A stretch of DNA of 64,000 nt from Lingula anatina (lineage: Eukaryota; Animalia; Brachiopoda), in NCBI GenBank assembly GCA_051362555.1, contig CM120648.1:5886587-5950586 (forward strand), in the 5' to 3' direction. Both the position numbers and the translations under genes were made by a program. Positions 38,509-50,000 of the stretch are shown piece after piece; within the stretch, counting starts at the first letter, position 1; every line of letters starts with the position of its first letter. The notes below the pieces were generated by a model. The model worked only from the letters and a program-made list of their open reading frames with translations, searched no databases and was not told where the DNA came from.

Positions 38509-39657
38509 CTGTCACACCGGACTATTGTGAGGCACGTACAGTTCACATATTTCAGGGTATTGTACAATAAACAGCTGCAGTTGTGTACCATGAGTGACAA
38601 ATCTGGGTATAAGGTAAGGTTAACTTCATTTTGTACATGTAAATTGATAGACTGACCTTTCGTATTAAATGTCAACACTATATAATAAAAAGGTATTTTT
38701 GCATGTGAATCATTACAAACACACTGAAAAGTTTAAAGACAATATGATTAAAAACTATCACTCACCCCCTGCCATGCTCTAGTCGGTGAAAATAATTAAA
38801 AATAATCTCTGTCTAAAAAGGATAACTTTTCATTAAATGTCAATAAATAGATACATTATTTCGGGTAAATTTTACAGTTACTCATTCTGGACCATTAAAA
38901 AATTTTTAACCATAACTTTTTAGGAAACTTTATAATATATTGTATTACTTATTATGTTTTATGTGAGAATTAAGTAGTTTTTGTCTAGAATCTTAATCTT
39001 TCTCTACAATTTTTTTTTATTTTTATTTTTCGTCCTTATTATTGTTTATCGTGGCTATTATTAATTATCGTGGTTATTGTATCTTCAGTATTTCCTGCAG
39101 CACTTGCCCGCAACACATGACAGTGACAGCGATGTTAAGCTCAGCTCCTCTACCTACAGTATTGCTTATTTGACAGGATTGTACAAAGCCATAACGTCCC
39201 AATAATTGTTATATCTTCTTTAGACCAAACGTGACAGCAACAGTTATATCCACTCTCACATAAAATCTAACATCAATTGCTTTGGGCAAGATACTCGATC
39301 TTTTCCTAGAATTTCCAAACATAAATAGATCTTCCAAGAAGTATTAATTAATGTGTGCACACCGTGCTCACCCAGATATAACTTGATTGATAATAGGCCC
39401 CAGTGTTCCATTTGTCATATGGTTATTGGTGATATGTTCATTTCACTCAGATTGACCACAGATAATAAAACAAGTGTATCATTTGGATAACCAGATTTAT
39501 GAATTTCAACTTAAAAAGCTGTATGTGCACGTTTGTTATTTTAATAATCATGAAATTTAAAAATCATGAAATGTCCACTGTGTTAGTTGAGCAACCATAA
39601 TTGTGCTGTATTGTACTGTCTCAAATACCGTGTTGACACTCCGGAATATATACAGTT

Positions 39658-39944
39658 CAGGGGCGGATCCAGGATTATTTGAAGGGGGTTCCGCAGATGC
39701 AAAGCCGACCCCCCCCCCCCCCCCCCTTGGCGAGGGATCAGGCTGGCCCCGAAAATTTTTGGTATTTTAGAGGTATTTTAGAGGGCGACCAGGACCATTT
39801 GGTACGATTTAGAACTATATTTCAGCTATTCGAAATTCTAATTTCAAGAGGGGACCATTGGTGTGATTTTTTTTTCGGAAATCGAAAGGGGGGGCAGCCC
39901 CCCCCCCCCCCCCCCTCCCCGACACCCTCCTAAATCCGCCACTT
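39658..39944. mobile_element. GC-rich MITE (caggggcggatcc type)
   Basis: TIR caggggcggatccagga / tcctaaatccgccact with poly-C/G tracts; absent at the homologous site in spacer 2 (~27030). TSD not clean. Confidence 0.72.
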
Positions 39945-41638
39945 TAGTATACACATAACTATGATACTGGGTTTCAAACATTTCTGCACCCTTTCTCTTC
40001 ATACGAATACAAAATTTAAAATTCGTTTCTTTTGTATGGATCACGTGTTTATAAGTAACTTTTTTGAACGCGCATAAGACGATGGAAAAGGAAATTGCTT
40101 TTAATTAAAAACATCCTCAGACAGTATTTTTTCAGAAGAAAATGCCCATTTCTAAATGCATCCTTTCTAACAGAAGTAAGCCCTGACTAGTATATATAGT
40201 ATATCAACATAGAGGCCAAGTTCTGTAATTACATCCTGGAGACAGGAATGACCCATGACTAAGAGTCCTAACCCGTCATCAAATCGGATAGCATGGCGGA
40301 CCTTCCTGTGCTGTTAGCCATGTTATCAAGAGTTTGTATGCTACCAAAACCGAACAAATACAGTCCGTGATCTTCACATAGAGGGCCAGATTAAAATTTA
40401 AAAAAGTGTTTCAAGATACCTTGTGGATGTCAAACAACGATGGCGGGAGCAGATAAGCATATTAACGAGCCTACTCTTGTGTCCAAAGTACTTAATAATT
40501 ACAAGCTTTTCTATATTCTTCTCAACATCAGGAGGTGTGTTAATCTTTTAATACGATTGCACTCAGCGAGAATCTCTTCGGATTTGGGTCGATCTACATG
40601 TACGTAAAACGGTATTGTTGTTGGGAACAAGCCCATATAATTCAGCTAAATTATTAAATTTAAAAATTGTTTGTTCTGGAAGCCATTTTGGAGTTCTTAT
40701 ATTTATAATTATTTATTTTATTTTTCCTTTTGAAAAGGCACGGTCAGCGGTTCGTTTAATTGGTCAATTTTCATGTTCTAGAAAAAATTTATTTCTGAGA
40801 TTAAAAAATCTTTATGCTTTTTCCACATGCCAAGTATCAAGTCCTTGTTGTCGGGACACGCATATAACTGCATCAAAATCATTTGACGCCGATATGACGA
40901 AAGAATAAAAGCTGTCAGTCAGAAGTTAAATATGCATGCTCAATTGTTTCGCCGTCTTTCTGAATTTTTTTTAAGTAACACATTTTTAAAATGTTACAAA
41001 ATAATATAAAAGCATGTGTAAGTTTATTTTCCCTCTGAGGCATTGTGGCGTGCTATGGATTTAGTAAGCCTATCTTTTCATTGTAACTAAGTGGTGACAT
41101 TTTAGCTCGTTTGCGGTAAAGGGAACGAGCAGGGTTTCTGATCTTTTCAAATCATTTTGAATGGTAACATGAGGATGCGAATTATATCACTGACTGAGGC
41201 ACGCTGTCACGACACTCAGCAAGGCAATGTCGATGTCCTGCATGCAGCTTCAAACTGTTGGTTAGACCCTTAGAAAACATCCATTTTATTATGTTATCAG
41301 AGTCTGCCCTTTCGAATATGTTTATCTGAACTACGTACAGTTACAGCACATGCATTTACATGTATAACAATTGGCTGAGAATAAACGCATTATAACAATC
41401 ATAATACTTTCGTCTTACTCCTGTTTTCGACCCATTAATGTTCCAACACAGATGGATGGTATAAAAATAAAAAAATCAAATTCCCTACCATTTATGTTAA
41501 CAGGAATGCAGTTCAATGGAGAACGAAAAGTATTCAAAATGCTTCAATACCAAAAACCCAAAGGTCCTCAATCATTATCTCATTTTAGCCCTCAAATACT
41601 GCCATGGAAATGAATGTTTATTAAGACAATCTTACATT

Positions 41639-44599
41639 TTAAACGTAAGTAATGATGATTGCCATCAAAACCTGCCAGAACATTAGACTGTCTACGGCTC
41701 GAGAGAGAGAAGATATGGGATGATGGGGATTCTCTCTTCTAGATGGGGTCTCTCCAAATAATCTGCGGTCTCTCTCGACAATGACGTCAAAATCAATTCC
41801 TTGGTAAGGAATCTGACGGTAAGATTTCTTAATCAGAGCTTCAACTTGATCCAGAAAGTTCTCGAACAATTGGCTAGCATCACGCACACGGCGGACGCTC
41901 TGCTTTAGCGTAATTGGTAGACTAAGGGTCACGTTATCTCTTTCATTTCGGGGGAGGATACACCACCCATCTCTAAACCCCCTTTTTATTGTGATCACCC
42001 ACGCTCCACGTGGTAAAAAGTCAGATAAATCTCCGCCTGTGAAAATTGTGAAATCAATGTCACAGAGTGGCATAAGTCCACATGGATTTTTAACGGGTTG
42101 TTTCGGACTGAGTTTTAAAGTCAAATTGAATTTCAAGTTAATGATGAAATCAAGAGGCAGAGAGCACCACCTTTCGTCCACTTGACATTCTTCAGTCTGC
42201 TTACAGGTGTCCTGAAAATGAAATCCAAATAATATAGGAACAAAATGGTTATGTTTTTGTTCAGTATGCCTAAATGGTCCGAATGCCAAAACAGTTTTCA
42301 GTCAAATGTCACGGTTGCACTAGATAGTTCATAGCGTATGTGCAAAAGCATTGCAAGCGCAATGTATTTTCACCAGTAGCACTGGAAATAATAAGTTATA
42401 ATAAGAAATGAATATATATTAAATAATATGACAAGTTTCTCTGGACGTGATCTTGCACCACTCTATTATAACAAAGATCATATTTTTAATATTTATTTTA
42501 CATAACTGAATAGCAAATTCTTCAGAAGATTCCTTGAAAGGATGGATTATGATCAGCATCCCAAGTTCTTGACCATAGATTTATGTGGCACCATAGCGCA
42601 ACAAAACGCCCAAGAGGTTTTAGCTTAGTAATTGTACGTGCTTACGTGATCCCAACTTCCTTGGCATCGTGCTTCTCTTTCATAATCTATCATAGCGGAA
42701 AGGCCCTGAGGTTCGAATGCCTTGCTCGCTATTTCACCTGCCGTTCAAAAGTCATTCTCAGTAATTACATACCAAAGACACAGAAATAAGATTGTACAGA
42801 AAAATACAATGAAAAATAAAAACAGTCAAATTCATTTTGGCGCGTATATCCTATGTAGATTACCTTAATTTATATTTAAATGGCATGCATGAAAAGAAAT
42901 TGTATTTTAACGTTAATTAAAATATTTTATAGTATTTGATATATCAAATCTGTCTAATCTATTGTCATTTTCTCTGCATTTTTTAAAGGAATTATGAAAT
43001 CGGGAAGTGCATACCATTCAAGATATTTTTACTATAATTATCACTGTTCTCCATTTTCAAATGACTTCTACATATAACTTTAACATATAACTCAATGGTC
43101 AAATGAAGATTTTGCAAGTGAGAAGACTAACCATTTTCATTACAGCGCTGGATGTTTGGGATAGTATTTGGAGACACATGGCAAAGCCAACAGAATAGAT
43201 TCCGACCATAAGAGTGGCCATGAGGCCCTGCAAAATACGTCACTGACACGGGCCCAGAATTACAAAGACGTACAGATTCGGCGTCATATGTGAATTGGCA
43301 TCCTCCATCGTTGGTTCCGCTCAAGGGTTCGTGTCCCCCTTCAGGACCTATGCAAGGGCGTCCTGGGTGTTGGTCTGGAGCGCCAAAAAACAACATGCAA
43401 TCTGGTGTCAAATGGATCTTCTCCAAAACTCCGGTAACGGTCGTAGCATCTTTGAAAACTTTGATTTGTGACTTGTGACACACAATCCTAGGCTTCCATG
43501 CTTTATGCGCCGTTACGTTGTGACAGGTGGCGCAAAAAGAGTTTTTAAATGTGACGTTTGACTCTGCTGACGAGACGGGCAACATTACAGTTATATCATT
43601 GGACCAGTCTTTTAACTGGCATTTTACTCGAACTTCTTCATCTTGCCAGTCGCTTGGACAAGAAGACACCACCCAATAGAATTTACTGTAAACGTCCTCA
43701 ATTTCTCTAGACCCCTGTAACCAACATTCTATATCATTTCTACGTATATCAATACCGGTGATTTTGGTATCGTTGCAAAAGCGGTCATATGGCCAACAGC
43801 AATCACCATACACGTCGCACAAGTCGTCGCAGTAGCAGGTTACGAGGACGACATCATTAGTTAACCCATCACTACGACCAGCACAGAACGGGGTGTTTAC
43901 TGTTACGTTAAGCAGCATTAGTTCCCTCTGAGAATACAACATGGAGGGAGTTGGGGCAAATTGTTCTAAATTCGGTGAAATGTTGGATGAATGTCCTTGA
44001 GATACATGACCGGCGCCGGCCTGGCGTGCACTTGTTATGCTTATATTTGAGTCGAGGTTCGGAACCTCTGGAGTGAGAGCTGGGTAGCTTACATTCACCA
44101 TTTTCTCTTTTGATTTTCCGTCAATTGCGAGCTTGCTAGTGGACGCGGCAGTGGGGAGAAAAGTTTTACTTGCGGTTGCTGTGTTCGCATTGGTGGCCAC
44201 AGTTAAAGCACTTTTGTTAACAATAGATGAGTCATTAAGCATAGGAGAGCCACTTCTGTCGATAACGAGTGAGCCACTTCCATTGACCATAGGGGAATCA
44301 CTTCCGGTGACCATAGGGGAGTCACTTCTTGTGACCATGGGGGAGCCACTTCCGGTGACCATAGGGGAGTCACTCTCGGTGATCCTGGGAACTCTGGTGC
44401 TTTTATGCCTAGGCCGTGTCGTTGTCAACCGCTGTTCTCGACTGCTGACAGACCATGGGACCGTTGAGGTTGAAGACGTGACCATTGCAGAGTTATGCAG
44501 CGCCCTCGGAATCCCTGACTTTGACACTACGACTGGAATTTCTTTTTCTGAATCAATCAAGGAGTACATTACCATCACCAAAAGCATTAAGACCTTCAT
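41639..44599 (-). CDS. Array copy 4 (most divergent): putative GPI-anchored mucin / SMB-like Cys-rich protein, 3 exons, ~710 aa
   Basis: Exons 44599-43132 (donor gttagt), 42737-42646 (EIASKAFEPQGLSAMIDYEREARCQGSWDH), 42211-41639; frame intact. Confidence 0.83.
44247..44377 (-). repeat. 24-bp coding minisatellite (8-aa S[DG]SPMVT[GR] units) in the mucin stalk
   Basis: SDSPMVTG SGSPMVTR SDSPMVTG SDSPMVNG SGSLVIDR SGSPMLND; unit number and conservation differ in copies 1-3. Confidence 0.8.
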
Positions 44600-47020
44600 T
44601 TTCGATTTGTCTCTACACTCTTTATGGTCCGCTGTGGTATTTTGCGGGGTTAATATACTTCCTGACTCGTTCGTACTTTTGGAGTGGTTACCTCACTGTA
44701 AATAAAGATGCTTTTTTTCTAGCTAATCAAAATGTAACACCGCACCGTAAACAATTGCAAGGTATATTTTGCGTGATGTATGTTTTATTTTTTCAAAAAA
44801 TATGTATATCAAGATCGTCTGTAATAGGAATCTGGTATTTTACAGAGAAATGCAGACATTTAGAAATATGTGAAAACAAAGGAATATCATGTTTAAAATA
44901 ACGTTTTTAGACTATGCGTGACACATGATAAAGTTCATAATGTCCGTGTAATGAAACGCTTTTTATTTTTGATAAAATGGATCCTTTGAGCGTTTGCCAC
45001 GGCGTTCACCTCTTTCCGAAGAACAATTGTTCCAGAAGTTAATCGGAACCGCAGTCCTTTGTATTAACCGTGTACATCTCATGTGACATGATTGCTTTTT
45101 GTCACAAATGGGTGACGAACCACTGAGCCCTATTTCTGTTTTTTTTTTTTCAAGTTAATTCTTTTTTTCTTGGCGTGGAAACACTCAACCGCTTTACGCT
45201 CCCAACCCATGTAGTGTGCATATCTGAGCCGACACGACCAGCTTGTTCATGTTCAAATTTCCTCTTTTTTTCGACTTTTTATACATACTCTTACATGTAT
45301 GACACTCCGAAGTCGAATGCCGTTTTCTTCCATGATACTGTCCCTTCAGAGGGAAATTTCGGTAAAAATATGAAAAGCATCAATTGTGCAACATTGACCA
45401 TTTCGAATCATTTCTTTTTCATGTCCTTAATTGTATTGTGTCATATTTTTTCTCACCATCAACCAACCAGAGAGAAGACGCTGCTGCACATGCGCAGAAG
45501 TTTATCAACAGTTCTCTTCCTCTAATATTTTTTGTGTCAAAAATATTCAGTATACTAGTAACATTTTCTGATTGTCCACATTAACATTAAAACATAATTG
45601 CTGTTAAGAATAATGTTATGTTGTCCGATGTAATCGTCATTTTCTGCTTCATGTCCGTTAATTTGACGGCTTGTTTTAAAATTTCAAATTTACTGTAACG
45701 TTTCCAGCACGGACGTACGAAAACATGTAGTCTTTTAGACCTTGGCCAACCCAATGCGTCCCAGTTTTGTTTTTTGTTCAACGCCATACGAGGCTATTTA
45801 ACTATCAGATATCCAGGTCATTTGGTTGCAGACAACTCCCCTAACTGTCTTGACGCCTGCGAAGGTGCGTTAATGATTAACTTAATAGTACCGTTACACG
45901 ATAAGTAAACATGTTCGATAATAACGAGACTGTTCATGTTTTGTGGGTATTGGGGTGCTTGTTTATAAATGCGTTCTTGCATGCGTGTGTGTATGCGTTT
46001 TGGGTAGGGAAAGAGATGTAATGGTTGCCAGGGTAACTGATCGGCAATCTTGAAAGGAGAACAACTTTTCATTTTGGTCAAAAATTATTTTCTTGGGTGA
46101 ACGACAATTTTCACTTACTTACCAATGGTTCTTGAATTAATTTCTACATTCAAAGTTACTTTCTGTTTATTATTTTTTTGCTTCGCCTGTCACGATCTTA
46201 TCGCCCTAGTACAAACATAAAAATATATCACTCCCCAAGTTTGCATGTGCTTTAAATTCTTTGGTCCTATTTCATGACCAGTGATGAGTAGACGAGTTTC
46301 TATCATAATATTTAGGGAACAGGGATGAAATAATACATTTTTATTTTGTTCGTTATACGGGCTTAGTAGTGGATTCGCCTGCAATATCCACAGGTTGGTC
46401 AGCAATGGACAAAGTTAGAACTGATTAGGTTTTTGCTATGATCCAATTTGTCAATTAATTAATCAATTAATTAATCATGATAAATTGAGCTGTCTTGGCG
46501 GAGGTCTGGGCTCTCTGGTTGCTTTTCTAGTTTTCCCCTTACTTTCAAATACGATACAGACTCCATCGTCGCAAACAGACAGTGCCCCCTCTGGGTCAGC
46601 AGATACTCCCCCAAACTGTACAATGTACAAGTCCATAAGAATAGACGAGAGAGATAAGGACTATTTAAACAGTTAGACGGTTGCAAACAGGCCGTATGGA
46701 TAGCCCAGCGCTTGAAGTCGTGTCCTTGACTGGCTGGCGTGAAGTATCAGTTTCCTAGAGCACTCGTAACTTTCAGAAATCGCAGCGTGCTCGTAACGGT
46801 TTTCTGCCTCGAGTTACGCCCCGGGATGCGGACTTAAACAGCGGATGTTAACTTACAGCAGGACCGTTTTGTTGTCGTGATTGTTGATTTAACAGTCAAG
46901 GAGCAATTTAGTCGCAATTTAACAGAGACTCATATTTGATTATCGGCATTGGTAATTACATTGTTAACATAGAAAGACTAGTCCAGGATATACGGTTTAT
47001 ATTGAGGGGTACGATTTCCG

Positions 47021-50000
47021 ATGGCGGCGGCGACTGGAGGCTTACAGCACTGGGGGGACTACCTGGCCATTACGCTCTACTTTGTGGTGGTGCTATCGGT
47101 CGGAATATGGGTGAGTGCATATCAAACCCCTTTTTGATTTTAAAGATAACCGTAAGGGGATCATTTTCAAACACACATTCAAATATTTGAAAGAGTAGAG
47201 AAACTCTTCGTTATTAGGTTGATAACTTTTTGGGGGGATTCAATTCAAACATTTCCTAAGCTTTGAATGTGGAGTTAAAAGAAATTATATCAAATGAGCC
47301 AGGCAGGTGCACTGACATGGATTGGTTGAATAAGTCCATCTCGGTCCGAAGCCTGGATATCAAGTTTGAGTAGAATAGGGTTCAGTGACGGTGATGGTCC
47401 CTTCATCACAGTCAAGAATCAAGGAAGCACATCAGATATACCGTCTTGCTAGAATGAAGAAACTGCGCGATGTATTTCGGTATCACTTGGGATGGTTGAT
47501 GCAATATCTGTTCTCTGCAAGCTAGACGGTGTTTGTATAATTAATGCATATTTGCAAGTTGCTATTAGTTTTACCAGTAGATTAATTTTAGTGGTTGGTC
47601 GGTCTTTCAGAAAGCATCTGCATTCCTGTTCTCTGCGTTTCACTTCGTAACACTAGAAACTGGCCCGGTATTTTATATTGTGGCCTGGTATCGTGTATAA
47701 CACATGCGATTTTATTCCTCGCGTGAAGTTTTGAGGAGTCATGCCCCCCGCCTTGGATAGTGAGAAGGTTATAATTGGGTACGCCTCGGAAGATGTACAT
47801 TTATTTAAGGGATCTATCATCTTTAAGGTCTGAAGTTAGAAATATGAAAAACTCTGCAGGATTTAAATGCCGTGAAAGACTGTTGGGCATTTTTTAAAAA
47901 CGCCCAGGATCCCTTTAATATGTGATACTGTATTATTTCCTGGAGATGTTCCAAAATAGACAGATTCATTATGTAGCATGTATGAATCGTTCGGAAATTT
48001 AGTGTTGAAATCCAAGAAAAATATTTCATCGTTTTGCTAATCCCTTCTACTTAACAGTGTCCTATGATTTAGCATACAGTACATTTATATCGACCCGGTG
48101 TAACGAAACTGAGGGCCCGTGTAACATAAGTCCGCCCACCGTTTAGTTGTAATGGTTAGGGTTAGCCTGACCTAAGTGGGACAAAATCTAGGGCGAGGCT
48201 TACCTGTGCAAATTTAATGGGAAACGGACTCTATCACGGGGGCTCTCTGTCACGTTACACCAAGCATACCTGGAAGGACAGGCCTGTAGAAAGCAATTTA
48301 AAAAGTATACCTTTTTTTGTGAAAAGTGGACTTGGTATAACGAAACCTACGTGTTTATTTTAAGTAACAGAAAGACTACACTTTTTTTATTCAGAGTGGA
48401 TCTATTCCCGGCCAGAGGAGCGGTTCTTTCAAACCCCTAGCCCCCTACTCTCTGATATCAGGGCCATCTAAAATAGTACACAAAAAAGTTTAATCGAGGT
48501 CGTATCTATATAAGTCTTGTCGCGTGGTTTGGACTATTTAAAGGCCGACATATTTCGTATTCTTGTCACACTGTTGACCCGTCAGTCCTCTTGACTGTGA
48601 CAACATTAAGGCACACGTTAGCTGTGGCGGCGTAAAATACATAGACAGACCTGTCAACACTCCCGATTTTTGAGACATTTCTCCTAACTTCCTCATCCAG
48701 ACAAAAATATATCTCGATCTATATGTATAATTACAGGCCCATAGCAAGCAATTTCAAAGCGGGTTCTTTATCCGAAATAGTGGAACTTTTGCCATGAAAC
48801 CTTCGTGTACCTAGATCAAATTTTACCCAAAGCGGACATTTTCCGGGTCAAAGGGGGCGGTTCGTTCTAACCCCTCCCCAGCCTCACTGGCTACTCCCTG
48901 TATGAGGTCAGGTCAATGCAACCCTAAATACATTCTCGGGATATGATCCACTATTAAAACCGCAGCAATCCGGGCATTTTCCATCTAGTGTGTACATTAA
49001 GAGACATACGGTACATACATGTATAAATCAACAGTTTCAGTTTAATGTGCTGGGTTGTGTTTGTATATGTTTAATAAAAAAAAAAAAAATAAAAAAAAAT
49101 AAAAAAAAAAAAGTTTCTCTGTGCTACCTGAGATTCATCTGGAAAAGATTTGCACGTAAAAAAAATCCTCTTATAATATAGCGGTATTCATCCGGATTAC
49201 ATATGAAGAAATCGAGCAAAAGTGAAACAAAATTGTTCATCAGTTTACAGTTCTTTACTCCAACAACGTCAATATAAATGAAAATGTTTTCCGAGAATTT
49301 CATGAAATGACACAGCATTGTCTAAATGTAATCGCTCGCGGGTGCTCAACTTTCTCCACGATGACAATTAATGTAAGTAATTCAAAAAGGGTGTTGAGGA
49401 AAGAAATCACGCACCTTTCTAAATTTAGTTAATTCATCATAAGAAAAGTGCATTAAAGAATGCCGCAGTCTTACGTAAATGGCGAAACAATATTGCCCCT
49501 CCGCCGCCCTTCATATATAAGTGTTCAAGTTTAAAATTTTTCTCACGTCGGCTATATTTCATTACTATTGGCAATTTAAATGGAAGGAGAGAAACATTCC
49601 AACTAAATCTAGTCATCAATACTGCAGAGCATCATACTTCTGCTCTTTTGATGTGTTTTTAAAATTATGACAGTGCAACTTTCGGTGGTTCAGCAGGGCA
49701 ATCACGGAAAAAAGTTTAATTCTAAATTAAACATTCAAATTCGGGAGACAGCTGCGTGATGCACCTAAGGCGGAAAGTGTACAAGGAAGTTGTGCGAAAT
49801 TTATAGCAAGGCGGTAACTGTTTGCACGTGGACAGAAACAAGGGATTACTTGTCTGTGCGTGTCTTTTCTCTATGTGTTAAGCACGTTTCAGCATATACC
49901 AGTACATGTAATGTGTTAAGTTGAATAGGGCAACAGTGAATGTGTATACTCGTCAAGCGTATAGGAAAAGGTTTCTTCATAGGCCTCAAAAGAAAGAAAT

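Noticed and set aside
10232-44599. Array as an assembly artefact
   Set aside because: Copies have private transposon insertions with TSDs and many substitutions; long-read confirmation is still desirable.
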